A stretch of 64,000 nucleotides of DNA from Polyangiales bacterium (GCA_044229975.1 JBGARZ010000014.1:96001-160000), one strand, 5' to 3'. Positions 18,445 to 28,502 are shown, counted from the first letter of the stretch. Numbers and translations are program-made. The notes: a model not told the origin generated them from the sequence alone.

Positions 18445-20973
18445 ATGCCTTCATCCAGACCCATCTCTACCAACTTGTGGGCGGCGCTCATGGCCCTCGC
18501 CATCGCCCTGGGCTGTTCGCCCGACCTGAGCGTCATCGGCGGCGACGCCGCCATGGGCGACGCCGGCTCCGACCTCGGAACCGACCTCGGCCTCCGCTGC
18601 GAGGGAACCCAGACCGCGTGCGGCGCGGCCTGCGTCGACACCCAGGTGAGCCGCGAGAACTGCGGCACCTGCGGCAACTCGTGCCCGGGCTCGCAGGTGT
18701 GCGTCGCCGGGAGCTGTCAGGTGGGCTGTCCTCCCGGTCAGCAGGCGTGCGGCGGGGTCTGCGTGACCTTCGCCACCGACCGCGCCAACTGCGGCGCCTG
18801 CGGTCGCACCTGCGGCACCGGCCTCGTGTGCGCCATGGGCGCGTGCAGCCTGGAGTGCGGTCCGATGCTCGCCCTGTGCGGCGGCGCCGGGGACGCGGGC
18901 GCCCAGGACGGCGGCGCCGGGGAGCGCTACTGCGCCGACCCGCGCACCGACCGCCTCAACTGCGGCGGCTGCGGGATGGCATGCCCTTCGGGTCAGGTGT
19001 GCAACGTCGGCGCGTGCGAGGTCTCGTGCCTCGCGGGCCAGACCGCGTGCGGCGGCGTGTGCCGCGACCTCCAGACCGACCGCGCCAATTGCGGCGCGTG
19101 CGGCACGACCTGCGCGGCGGGTCAGGTGTGTTCGGCCGGGAGCTGCGAGGTGTCGTGTGGCACGTCGCTGAGCAACTGCACCGGGACCTGCCGCGACCTC
19201 CAGACCGACCGCGCCAACTGCGGCGCCTGCGGGACGACCTGCCCGTCGGGTCAGGCGTGCAACGCCGGCGTGTGCGAGGTGTCGTGCCTCGCGGGGCAGT
19301 CGAAGTGCGGCGGCGTGTGTCGCGACCTCAACAACGACCGGCTCCACTGCGGCGCGTGCGACAACGTCTGCGCGGCGGGCCGCATCTGCATCGCGGGCGC
19401 CTGCGAGGTGTCGTGCAGCAGCGGGCTCAACAGCTGCGTCGGCGTGTGCCGCGATCTCCAGACCGACCGCCTCAACTGCGGCACCTGCGGCAACGTCTGC
19501 GCGGCGGGCCAGATCTGCAACGCGGGCGCCTGCGAGCTGTCGTGCACGGCGGGGCTCAATAGCTGCGCCGGGTCGTGCCGCGACCTCCAGACCGACCGCG
19601 CCAACTGCGGCGCGTGTGGCAACGTCTGCGCGGCGGGCACGGCGTGTACCGCGGGGATGTGCGTGGCCTCGTGCAGCACGGGCCTGACCGCGTGCTCGGG
19701 CGTGTGCCGCGACCTCCAGACCGACCGCGCCAACTGCGGGACCTGCGGCGGGACCTGCGCCGCGGGCCAGGTCTGCGCGGCGGGCGTGTGCGTGGTGTCG
19801 TGCGGCCCGGGCCTCAACGCGTGTTCGGGCGTGTGCCGCGACCTCCAGACCGACCGCGCCAACTGCGGCGTCTGCGGGACGGCGTGCGGCGCCGGGCGGG
19901 TGTGCACGGCGGGCGTGTGCGCCGCGGCGTGCAGCGTGACCCAGGTGGTGTGCGGCGGCGAGTGCACCACGCTGGCGATCGATCCGGACAACTGCGGGAT
20001 GTGCGGGCGCGTCTGCCCGTCGCCCGCCAACGCCTTCGGGGCCTGCGGGGTGAGCACCTGCTCGTTCGTGTGCGCGACGGGCTTCGGAGACTGCAACCGC
20101 GTGAGCACGGACGGCTGCGAGGTGAACACGCAGACCTCGGCCGCCAACTGCGGCGCGTGCGGGACGGCGTGCGCCCCGCCCAACGCGACCGGCGCGTGCG
20201 TGACCGGGACCTGCCGCGTGGCGACGTGCGCCGCGGGCTTCGCGGACTGCGATGGCCTGCCGGGCAACGGCTGCGAGGTCAACACCAACACCAGCGGGAC
20301 CAACTGCGGCGCGTGCGGCGTGACGTGTCCGACGGGCGTGTGTTCCGGCGCCGTCTGCGGGCTGCGCTGCAACGGCGCCACGACGCGGGTGCTGGTGATC
20401 GGGACGACCCCGGCGACGCTGACGGCGGCCCTGCCGAGCGGCGCGACGGTCACGTCGGTCACCGACGCGCAGTGGCGCGCGATGACGGCGGCGCAGTTCG
20501 CGACGTACCAGCTCATCGTGCTGCCCGAGGGGGCCACGTCGACCAACTACCAGAGCACCGTCGACACGCGCGCCACCTGGAACCCCGCGGTCAACGGTCG
20601 CGTCGCCCTCACCGGCCTGCACATGATGGGTCACTCCCAGGGCACGACGGTGTTTCGCGCCATCGTGGGCTGGCTGCTCGCGGGGCCGGGCACGGCGCTG
20701 TACGTCGACGGCCAGTTCGGCGGGAGCTTCCTCGGGTACAGCGAGCTCCTGGGGCTCGGGACGTTCGCGGGCACGGGGGGCCTGTCCCTGGACTCGGTGG
20801 TCATCACCAACCCGGCGCACCCGACCATGACCGGGTCGACCAACAGCTCGCTCTCCAGCTGGGCCCAGGCGGTGCACAACCAGATCACGTCGGCCCCGGC
20901 GGGCTACGAGACCATCGCCACCGCGGACGGCGTGAGCGTGCTCACCGTGCGCTCGACCGGCTGCACTCCGTAG
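18445..20973 (+). CDS. Cys-rich repeat surface lipoprotein (MXAN_6577/Stig1-like repeats)
   Basis: Lipobox ALGC; about 13 repeats of C.DLQTDRANCGACG..C..GQ.C..G.C; ~195-aa globular C-terminal domain. Confidence 0.88.
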   Translation: MPSSRPISTNLWAALMALAIALGCSPDLSVIGGDAAMGDAGSDLGTDLGLRCEGTQTACGAACVDTQVSRENCGTCGNSCPGSQVCVAGSCQVGCPPGQQACGGVCVTFATDRANCGACGRTCGTGLVCAMGACSLECGPMLALCGGAGDAGAQDGGAGERYCADPRTDRLNCGGCGMACPSGQVCNVGACEVSCLAGQTACGGVCRDLQTDRANCGACGTTCAAGQVCSAGSCEVSCGTSLSNCTGTCRDLQTDRANCGACGTTCPSGQACNAGVCEVSCLAGQSKCGGVCRDLNNDRLHCGACDNVCAAGRICIAGACEVSCSSGLNSCVGVCRDLQTDRLNCGTCGNVCAAGQICNAGACELSCTAGLNSCAGSCRDLQTDRANCGACGNVCAAGTACTAGMCVASCSTGLTACSGVCRDLQTDRANCGTCGGTCAAGQVCAAGVCVVSCGPGLNACSGVCRDLQTDRANCGVCGTACGAGRVCTAGVCAAACSVTQVVCGGECTTLAIDPDNCGMCGRVCPSPANAFGACGVSTCSFVCATGFGDCNRVSTDGCEVNTQTSAANCGACGTACAPPNATGACVTGTCRVATCAAGFADCDGLPGNGCEVNTNTSGTNCGACGVTCPTGVCSGAVCGLRCNGATTRVLVIGTTPATLTAALPSGATVTSVTDAQWRAMTAAQFATYQLIVLPEGATSTNYQSTVDTRATWNPAVNGRVALTGLHMMGHSQGTTVFRAIVGWLLAGPGTALYVDGQFGGSFLGYSELLGLGTFAGTGGLSLDSVVITNPAHPTMTGSTNSSLSSWAQAVHNQITSAPAGYETIATADGVSVLTVRSTGCTP

Positions 20974-20993
20974 CTCGACCCATCCCACCTGAT

Positions 20994-21015
20994 CCGGCGT
21001 TCGCGCGAACGCCGG
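20994..21015. terminator. Perfect 22-bp palindrome between convergent genes
   Basis: CCGGCGTTCGCGCGAACGCCGG. Confidence 0.5.
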
Positions 21016-21107
21016 TCCCCCCCCAAGCACCCTGAGTCATCGGGCGTCCTCTTGACGCGGCGCCGTCGCACGTTGGCGCGGTGCAGGCACTCGTGGATGG
21101 GTGACGG

Positions 21108-21845
21108 TCAGCCCCCCGTCCGCAGCTCCGCAAGCACCCCTAGCAGCGCGTCGATCTCCCCCTGGTGTTGCAGGTAGTGCGACGCCCGCGACGCGCGCCA
21201 CTGCCCGACGCGCACCGAGACCACGCGCGCCGGGTCGGTCGTCGCGAAGACGTCCTCGTCGGTGACGTCGTCGCCCACGAAGAGCGCCACGTCCGCGCCC
21301 TCGGCCGCGCACAGCGTCGCCAGCGCGTCGCCCTTGTGGGCCGCCCCCTCGGGTACGACGTTGAACACCATCTTCCCTGACACCACCCGCGCCCCGTCGA
21401 GGCCCGCGACCAGCGCCGCGAGCTCCGACCAGCGCTCGGGCGCGCGGCGGTAGTGCACCGAGAGCGAGTAGCCCTTGTCCTCGACCTCCACCCCCGCGAT
21501 GCCCGCCAGCCGCCCTTCGAGCGCGCGCCGCCAGCCCTGCACCAGCCCGAGGTAGCGCGCCGAGCCCTCCGCCGTCTCCACGCCGTGGTTGCCCACCATG
21601 ACCTGCACCGCGCTGCCTTCCAGCCGTCCGCGCAGGTCTGGCAGCGCGCGGCCCGACACCACCGCCACGGGATAACGCGCCGCGACCCGCGAGAGCGCCG
21701 CACGCGTGGTCTCTCGCATCTGCGCCGCGTCGGGGAGGCTCACGATGGGCGCGAGCGTTCCGTCGAAGTCGAAGCCCAGCAGCGACCGCGACCGCGCGAG
21801 GCCCTCCAGCACCGGCCGCTCGCTCTCCGCCAGGATGTGCCTCAT
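21108..21845 (-). CDS. otsB: Trehalose-6-phosphate phosphatase
   Basis: HAD motif DFDGTL, VVSGR, GNHG, EDKGYSLSVHYR, HKG, GDDVTDED. Confidence 0.95.
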   Translation of the reverse strand: MRHILAESERPVLEGLARSRSLLGFDFDGTLAPIVSLPDAAQMRETTRAALSRVAARYPVAVVSGRALPDLRGRLEGSAVQVMVGNHGVETAEGSARYLGLVQGWRRALEGRLAGIAGVEVEDKGYSLSVHYRRAPERWSELAALVAGLDGARVVSGKMVFNVVPEGAAHKGDALATLCAAEGADVALFVGDDVTDEDVFATTDPARVVSVRVGQWRASRASHYLQHQGEIDALLGVLAELRTGG

Positions 21846-24097
21846 CGCGATGGTTGACCGCGGGACCACCCGCTCAGCCGTCCGGTCACCCGCTCCTTGC
21901 GACGCAGGCCCGCCGCGTCGGTGAGCATCCGCCCCGCCCATCGGTACACGTTGAACTCCGCCAGCAGCGCCCGCATCGAGCGCATCCGCTCGCGCTGCTC
22001 TTCGGGGGGCATCCGCAGCGCCGCGGCCAGCGCCGAGCTCGCCTCCTCCAGGTCGTAGGGGTTCACGATGAGCGCCTCGGTGAGCTCGCGCGCCGCGCCC
22101 GTGAAGCAGCTCAACACCAGCACCCCGAGCTCGTCACCGCGCGCCGACACGAACTCCTTGGCCACGAGGTTCATCCCGTCGTGGAGGCTGCTCACGTAGC
22201 AGAGGTCGGCCGCGCGGTAGTAGCGGTACACCGTCGGCGGCTCGTGGTGCGACCGCAGCAGCTTGATGGGCTGGTAGCCCTCGCGGCCGAAGCGCTCGTT
22301 GATGCGCGCCGCCACCGCCTCGACGGTCTCGTTGAGCGCGCGGTACGCCGGGATGGTCGTTCGGCTCGGCGCCGCGAGCTGCGCGAAGACGAAGCGCCCG
22401 ACGAACTCCGGGAAGCGCTCCAGCAGGCGCTCGACGGCGAGCAGGCGCTCTTCGATCCCCTTGGTGTAGTCGAGGCGGTCGATGCCCACGCCCAGCAGCG
22501 CGTCGGGCGCGAGGCCCAGCTCGGCACGCACCGCGGCGCGACACTCCGCGGCGGAGGGGAGGTCGTCGAGCCAGTGCACCGGCCACTCGATGGAGATGGG
22601 GTACGGGCGAACCAGCGTGCTGCGGCGGGCGCGGACCACGGCGTTCTGCTCGCGGTCGATGCGGCACTCGACGAAGGCGTCGACCGAGTCGAGGTAGTTG
22701 TTGCAGTGCTGCTGCGTGTGGAAGCCCACGACGCTCGACCCGAGCACGCCCTCGATGAGCTCCTCGCGCCAGGGGCAGATGCCGAAGCGCTCCGAGCTCG
22801 GCCAGGGGATGTGCCAGAACGTGATGATCGTCGCCTTCGGCAGCCGCTCGCGGATCATCCTGGGCGCCAGCGCGAAGTGATAGTCCTGCACCAGTACGAT
22901 CGGGTCGTCGACCTCGACCTCCTCGCACACGGCGTCGGCGAACTTCTGGTTCACGGCGCGGTAGTGCTCCCAGTCCGACGCGCGAAAGTCCGGGCGCGTG
23001 TGGGCCACGTGGCAGAGCGCCCAGAGCCCCTCGTTGGCGAAGCCGTAGTAGTAGCCCTTCTCCTCCTCCGGGGTCAGCCACACGCGCCGCAGCGAGTACG
23101 ACTCCTCCCCGGGCGGAACCATCACGTGATCGTTTGCGTCGACGGTCTCGCGGTCGGCGCTCCCGCTGCCGTGCGCGACCCACACGCCCGAGCACGCGCG
23201 CATCACCGGCTCCAGCGCCGTGACCAGCCCGCTCGCGGGGTGCTGCACCGTCACCCCGCCGTCGTCCGCGCGCTGGTGGATGTACGGCTCGCGGTTGGCC
23301 ACGATCACCACGCGCTCGCCGTGGAGGTTCTCGTTGAGCACGGCCTTCAGGCGACCGGGGCTCCAGCGGCCGCCCCGCGCGTCGGGGTCGCTCTCTCTCG
23401 CGAGCTCCGCCGCCAGCTCGCGGACGTCGCGCATCAGCGCCTGGTACTCCGGCGCGCGGTCGCCCTCGCGCAACGAGCGACGAACCTCCAGCAGCCAGTC
23501 GCGCCGCGCCAGCTTCGCGGCCACCACCGTGAGCAGCGCGGCCCCGAGCGCCAACGAGAAGAGGGCGCCCAGCAGGAGGTGCGTCGCCTCGGCCTCGCGC
23601 CGCCCGACGAAGCCGAGGTCGTGCACGAGCACCACGAAGCCGAGCTCGCGGTCGTCGTCCATCACCGGGAGCGCGCTCACGTGGAGGCTGCCCGACCCGA
23701 TCGAGCGAACGAAGAACCACGGCTCCCCGGGCGGATCGGACGGCCGCGGCCCACGTCGGCTCGCCACTGCCTGGCAGGTGATCCCCCGCGGGAACTCCGC
23801 CGTCATCGCGAGGGCGTCGCCTCCCTCCACGCACGCGCCCGCCGCCAGGATGCGCTCGTCGCGGGTCACGTTGCGCAGGAGCGTGGCGATGCCGTCGCGG
23901 TCGTTGGCGTTCCAGAAGTCGACGAGGCTGCGGCGCCCCGTGTTGAGCACCAGCCGCGAGCGCAGGACGATGTCCCGCTCGAACCACCGACGCGTGGTGC
24001 TCAGGGCGATCTGGTAGGCGCCCGTGCTCAGCACGGCGAGCCCAAGCCCCAGAATGACCAAGAACCGAAGACGCTGTCCCATGTCGCGCTGCTGCAT
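21842..24097 (-). CDS. otsA: Trehalose-6-phosphate synthase (GT20) with N-terminal two-TM extracytoplasmic module
   Basis: [43 protein letters not shown]; two TM helices N-terminal to the catalytic domain; 4-bp overlap with otsB. Confidence 0.93.
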   Translation of the reverse strand: MQQRDMGQRLRFLVILGLGLAVLSTGAYQIALSTTRRWFERDIVLRSRLVLNTGRRSLVDFWNANDRDGIATLLRNVTRDERILAAGACVEGGDALAMTAEFPRGITCQAVASRRGPRPSDPPGEPWFFVRSIGSGSLHVSALPVMDDDRELGFVVLVHDLGFVGRREAEATHLLLGALFSLALGAALLTVVAAKLARRDWLLEVRRSLREGDRAPEYQALMRDVRELAAELARESDPDARGGRWSPGRLKAVLNENLHGERVVIVANREPYIHQRADDGGVTVQHPASGLVTALEPVMRACSGVWVAHGSGSADRETVDANDHVMVPPGEESYSLRRVWLTPEEEKGYYYGFANEGLWALCHVAHTRPDFRASDWEHYRAVNQKFADAVCEEVEVDDPIVLVQDYHFALAPRMIRERLPKATIITFWHIPWPSSERFGICPWREELIEGVLGSSVVGFHTQQHCNNYLDSVDAFVECRIDREQNAVVRARRSTLVRPYPISIEWPVHWLDDLPSAAECRAAVRAELGLAPDALLGVGIDRLDYTKGIEERLLAVERLLERFPEFVGRFVFAQLAAPSRTTIPAYRALNETVEAVAARINERFGREGYQPIKLLRSHHEPPTVYRYYRAADLCYVSSLHDGMNLVAKEFVSARGDELGVLVLSCFTGAARELTEALIVNPYDLEEASSALAAALRMPPEEQRERMRSMRALLAEFNVYRWAGRMLTDAAGLRRKERVTGRLSGWSRGQPSR

Positions 24098-24378
24098 GGT
24101 CCCTGTCGGGTAGCTCGTCCACGGGTTGCGGTCGTGTGGTCGGTGCTCAAGTACCGCGCCGTCACGGGCTGCGACGCCGCAGGGTGCGGTGTCGCGCGAT
24201 GGTCTACCGCGCGCGGGGATTGGCGCCGGAGGGATGGGCCGCAAGGATCGGAGTACGTGTTGGCGTCGTGGGTGAGGATCGACCACGGCCGCCTCGCGTC
24301 GCCCAGACGCCTCATCCGAACCCCAGGTACCAGGTCGGTCCTTGACAGGGTGTCGCGGAGGGGTCGACAGAGGCACCC

Positions 24379-25323
24379 ATGCACCCCCGCCTCCGCGCCG
24401 AATCGTCACGGCCGTGGTCGTCGCACCGCGTTCTGGCGCTCGTCCTCGCGGCCGCGAGCTGTTCGCCGCGCGGCACGTCGCTCCCCTCGTCGACGGACGC
24501 CGCCGCGCAAGACGTCGCTCCGGTCGACGCCGCCGCGCCCGACGCCACACCGCCGGACACCGCGGCGACGGCGGACCTTCCGGCCGCGGACATCCCCGCT
24601 GTCGACGTCGGCACCCCCGACGTTCCATCGCACGTTGATACGCCCATGGTCGATGTCCCCGCGGTCGATGTCCCCGCGGTCGATGTTTCCGCGGCCGATG
24701 TCTCGACCGTCGACAGCGCCGCGCCGGACGTGACCTCGCGCGACGACGTCGCCGCGGACGTGGTCGACGCCCCCGACGCGCCGACGGTCGACGCTCCCGC
24801 GAGCGACGTGGTGAGCCGGTGTCCCGAGGTCCCCTGTGGGCCTGGGCTCGCGTGCTACGCGGGTGTCTGCACCCCGTACACGACCCGCTACGACTGCACG
24901 CGGTCGTTCTCGTCAGGGTACTGCTCGCGCTGGGCCGTGAGCGGCGAAGGGCGAAGCTGGAGCTGCACGCAGTCGTTCTCGTCGGGGTACTGCTCGCGCT
25001 GGTCGGTCAGCGCGGACGGGTCGACGTGGAGCTGCACGCAGTCGTTCTCGTCGGGGTACTGCTCGCGCTGGTCTCTCAGCGGCACCACCTGGAACTGCAC
25101 GCAGTCGTTCTCGTCGGGGTACTGCTCGCGCTGGTCCGTCGGCGCCGATGGGTCGACGTGGAACTGCACGCAGTCGTTCTCGTCGGGGTACTGCTCGCGC
25201 TGGTCGGTCAGCGCCGACGGCGCGACATGGAACTGCGTCCTCTCCTTTTCGGCCGGCTATTGCAGCGAGTGGATGCGGCCCGCGGCGCCGCCCCAGGCGT
25301 TCTCGCCGGTCATCGCGTTGTAG
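24379..25323 (+). CDS. Lipoprotein with acidic low-complexity linker and six Cys/Trp repeats
   Basis: LVLAAASC lipobox; D/A/V/P linker; repeats W.CTQSFSSGYCSRW. Confidence 0.75.
   Translation: MHPRLRAESSRPWSSHRVLALVLAAASCSPRGTSLPSSTDAAAQDVAPVDAAAPDATPPDTAATADLPAADIPAVDVGTPDVPSHVDTPMVDVPAVDVPAVDVSAADVSTVDSAAPDVTSRDDVAADVVDAPDAPTVDAPASDVVSRCPEVPCGPGLACYAGVCTPYTTRYDCTRSFSSGYCSRWAVSGEGRSWSCTQSFSSGYCSRWSVSADGSTWSCTQSFSSGYCSRWSLSGTTWNCTQSFSSGYCSRWSVGADGSTWNCTQSFSSGYCSRWSVSADGATWNCVLSFSAGYCSEWMRPAAPPQAFSPVIAL
24889..25272 (+). repeat. In-frame coding tandem repeat, six units of 63-69 bp
   Basis: Core TGCACGCAGTCGTTCTCGTCGGGGTACTGCTCGCGCTGG is identical in four copies and degenerate in two. Confidence 0.9.
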
Positions 25324-25381
25324 GGGCCTCCGTCGACGGGTTGCGGTCGAGCTGCGACGGCCCAACAAACTCATATCCGAC

Positions 25382-27148
25382 ATGCGACTCGAAGACCTCG
25401 CCGTCATCGGCAACTGCCAGTACTCCGCCCTCGTCGATCGCCACGGCTCCGTGGTGTGGTGCTGCCTCCCGCGCTTCGACAGCGAGCCCGTCTTCGGCGC
25501 GCTGCTCGACCCTGACGGAGGGACGTTCACCATCGGCGCCGCCGACGGCACGGCGGGCGTGCAGCGTTACCTCGAGAACACCAACATCATCGAGACCCGC
25601 TTCGAGACGCCCGATGGGGCCTTCCGCGTCCTCGACTTCGCGCCGCGGTTCGCCGTCCACGAACGGATGTTTCGCCCCACGAAGATCGTTCGCATCGTGG
25701 AGCCGATCTCGGGCACGCCCCGCGTCGTGGTGCGCTGCGATCCGCGCCTCGGCTGGTCGCGCGAGGTACCGCGCCGCGAGCTCGGATCGCACCACATCCG
25801 CTACCAGGGCTTCGACGCCTCCGCGCGCCTCACGACGGACGTCCCGCTCTCGTACGTCGAGCAGGGGAGCCCCTTCGCGCTCACGGCGCGGAAGCACTTC
25901 GTCTTCGCGTGGGGGGAGCCCGTCGAGGAGCCGCTGCCGCCTCTCTGCGATCGCTTCCTGCGCGAGACCGAGCGCTACTGGCGGGGCTGGGTGAAGCACT
26001 GCAACGTGCCCGCGGCGTACCAGCGCGAGGTGATCCGCTCGGCGCTCGCGCTGAAGCTCCACTGCTTCGAGGACACCGGCGCCATCGTCGCGGCCATGAC
26101 CACCTCCATCCCGGAGTCGCACGGGACGGTGCGCAACTGGGACTATCGCTACTGCTGGCTGCGCGACGGCTACTACGCCCTCGACGCCTTCCGACTCCTC
26201 GGCCACTTCGAGGAGCGCGAGCAGTTTCTGGAGTACCTCCTCAACGTCGCGGGGTCGTCGACGGACCTCAACCTCGCGCCCCTCTACCGGGTCGACGGGC
26301 GGACCGACCTCGACGAGCGCGAGCTCACCCACTGGGCGGGCTTCGAGGGTCACGGTCCGGTGCGCGTGGGCAACGGAGCGGCGACGCACCTCCAGCACGA
26401 CGTCTTCGGCGAGATGGTGCTCGCGCTGTCACCGGTGTTCCTCGACGAGCGCTTCCGCCACGAGCAGACGGCGGGCACGCTCGACCTGCTCAAGGGCCTC
26501 GCGCGCAAGGCCGTCAGCGTGGTGGGCCAGCCCGACGCCTCCATCTGGGAGCTGCGCACCGAGTGGACGCCGCAGACCTTCTCCAGCCTGATGTGCTGGG
26601 CCGCGGCCGACCGCGTGGGCCGCATCGCCGAGCGCCACGCGCCGTCCCTGGTCACGGAGTTTCGCGGAGCGGCCGACCGCATCCGCGAGGAGATCTTCGC
26701 GCAGGCGTGGAGCGGCGACCTCGGCTCGCTGGTGTCGTCGTACGGCGGCCTGGAGTTCGACGCGTCGCTGTTGCAGGCCGTGACGCTGCGGTTTCTGCCG
26801 CCGGGCGACGCGCGCACGCACTCGACGCTCGACGCGATCGTGAAGCACCTGGGGCAGGGGACGTGGCTGCGGCGCTACCGCACCGACGACGGCTTCGGCG
26901 TGCCGTCGGTGGCGTTCATCATCTGCACGTTCTGGTTGGTGGAGGCGCTCGCGCTGTCGGGCCGCGTCGACGAGGCTCGGGCGGCCCTCGCGCGCACGAC
27001 GGAGGCGCTCTCGCCGGTGGGCCTCCTCGCGGAGGACTGGGACCCGGTGGGGCGTCGGCTGTGGGGCAACTTCCCGCAGGCGTACTCGCACGTCGGGCTC
27101 ATCCACGCGGCCTTCGCGGCGTCACCGAGCTGGTACGACGTGTTGTGA
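25382..27148 (+). CDS. Glycoside hydrolase family 15 (trehalase-like)
   Basis: LAVIGNC..ALV, CLPRFDS, RNWDYRYCWLRD, IWELR, GLLAED, WGNFPQAYSHVGLI. Confidence 0.95.
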   Translation: MRLEDLAVIGNCQYSALVDRHGSVVWCCLPRFDSEPVFGALLDPDGGTFTIGAADGTAGVQRYLENTNIIETRFETPDGAFRVLDFAPRFAVHERMFRPTKIVRIVEPISGTPRVVVRCDPRLGWSREVPRRELGSHHIRYQGFDASARLTTDVPLSYVEQGSPFALTARKHFVFAWGEPVEEPLPPLCDRFLRETERYWRGWVKHCNVPAAYQREVIRSALALKLHCFEDTGAIVAAMTTSIPESHGTVRNWDYRYCWLRDGYYALDAFRLLGHFEEREQFLEYLLNVAGSSTDLNLAPLYRVDGRTDLDERELTHWAGFEGHGPVRVGNGAATHLQHDVFGEMVLALSPVFLDERFRHEQTAGTLDLLKGLARKAVSVVGQPDASIWELRTEWTPQTFSSLMCWAAADRVGRIAERHAPSLVTEFRGAADRIREEIFAQAWSGDLGSLVSSYGGLEFDASLLQAVTLRFLPPGDARTHSTLDAIVKHLGQGTWLRRYRTDDGFGVPSVAFIICTFWLVEALALSGRVDEARAALARTTEALSPVGLLAEDWDPVGRRLWGNFPQAYSHVGLIHAAFAASPSWYDVL

Positions 27149-27207
27149 GGGCCGACGCCCGAACCCCGGTCATGAGCACCGCGACATCCTGAGGGGGACT
27201 GCAACGC

Positions 27208-28392
27208 TCACCCGCAGGTCGGGTTGGGCCCGCCCCGCGCGTCGCCGAGCACCTCCATCTGCTCGCGCAGGATCTCCACCTCCGATCGCAGCAGCGGCGC
27301 GCAACCGTCGATGTGTCGCGCAGCTTCCAGCTCCGCTCTCGCGTCACCGTCCATCGCCGCGAACAGACGCCCGGGCATCGCCAGCAAGAGCAGCGTCACC
27401 ACCTCGGGCGTCGCGTCCTGGCGCCCGTCCAGCGCGCGCCGCACGTCGCCGTAGAGGGCGGTCGCCCGTAGCGCGTCGAGCAGTCCGTCGACCTCGGCGC
27501 GGTGCTCCGGCGCGAGGCGTTCGGGCGTCGGGATCGCCTCCACCAACGCGCACACCGGACCCGGCAGCGCGTCGACGAAGGCCGCCACCGCGCCTCCTTG
27601 CGGAGGTCGCACCCGGGCCATCGCGGCGGGCAGCTCGACCAGCAGTCGCCGCGCGGCCTCGGCCCACGGGAGTCGCGTGTCGGTCAGGCGGAAGAGCACC
27701 GCCGCGCCCGAGGTGCGTCGTCGCAGCATCACCCAGCCGCGCGAGCGCCCGGTCGCCGCGTCGTGGGGCTTCATCGCCTCCCACAACAGCGGCACCGGAA
27801 CCCAGTGCGGCGGGTACTTGAAGCGCGCCACGTCGAGCACCAGCGCGAGGTCGCGTCCGGCGTGAACGCCCGCGATGGGAGAGAAGTGCCCGTCGCCCGT
27901 CTGGCCGAGGGCCTTGCGCGAGTAGGCGACGGCGAGCACCGGTCCGTCGGGCGAGGTGGCGGCCGTGAGCAGGTCGGTGCGGAAGGCGTCGAGGGTGGTG
28001 TCGTCGGGGCGGTTGGTGTCGGCGCGCGCGCCGTTGCAGCGGGCGAGGCAGGCGAACTGCTCCAGCGTGACGCCGCGCTGGCGGACGGCGTCGAGGGGGA
28101 GACAGCAATCGAGGAGTTCTTCGCTGTACCAGCGCCACGGCCCGCGCCAGAGGCGACCGGGGTCGACGCCCAGCGCGTTGAGCGCCACCACCAGCGTTCC
28201 GAGCGCGCAGAACGCCGGGTCGGCCTGCGTGTGAAACTGCTCGGCCAGCGCGAACCACCCCTCCAGGTGACCCTCGGCGAGGGCCTCGCGGAAGAGCCGC
28301 CGCCCCTCGGCGCTCGCGAAGGGGACGAGGTGCCCCGGTAGCGGCCGACGGTAGAAGCCTTCATCCAACGAGGGGGAGCGGGGCGTGTCCAT
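27208..28392 (-). CDS. Phytochelatin synthase, full-length eukaryote-like
   Basis: TQADPAFC (catalytic Cys), GPWRW...LDCC, QTGDGHFSP (His), LDVARFKYPPHW (Asp); ~150-aa C-terminal extension. Confidence 0.93.
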   Translation of the reverse strand: MDTPRSPSLDEGFYRRPLPGHLVPFASAEGRRLFREALAEGHLEGWFALAEQFHTQADPAFCALGTLVVALNALGVDPGRLWRGPWRWYSEELLDCCLPLDAVRQRGVTLEQFACLARCNGARADTNRPDDTTLDAFRTDLLTAATSPDGPVLAVAYSRKALGQTGDGHFSPIAGVHAGRDLALVLDVARFKYPPHWVPVPLLWEAMKPHDAATGRSRGWVMLRRRTSGAAVLFRLTDTRLPWAEAARRLLVELPAAMARVRPPQGGAVAAFVDALPGPVCALVEAIPTPERLAPEHRAEVDGLLDALRATALYGDVRRALDGRQDATPEVVTLLLLAMPGRLFAAMDGDARAELEAARHIDGCAPLLRSEVEILREQMEVLGDARGGPNPTCG

Positions 28393-28502
28393 GGCGTGAC
28401 CTCGATGCTGGAGTACGCCCGGCGACGGCTGCGCGGGAAGAGCCACCTTCGGGGTACTGCGGGTTCGACGGGCGCCGGTTGCGATGGGTTGGGGAAGCGC
28501 TG

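Noticed and set aside
19040..19900. Repeated CGCGACCTCCAGACCGACCGCGCCAACTGCGG as a non-coding array
   Set aside because: 117-bp in-frame protein repeats with synonymous variation
24889..25272. CRISPR-like array (39-bp constant cores with 24-30-bp variable gaps)
   Set aside because: Unit lengths are multiples of 3, the gaps are homologous to each other, the array lies in frame within a lipoprotein ORF, and no cas genes are present
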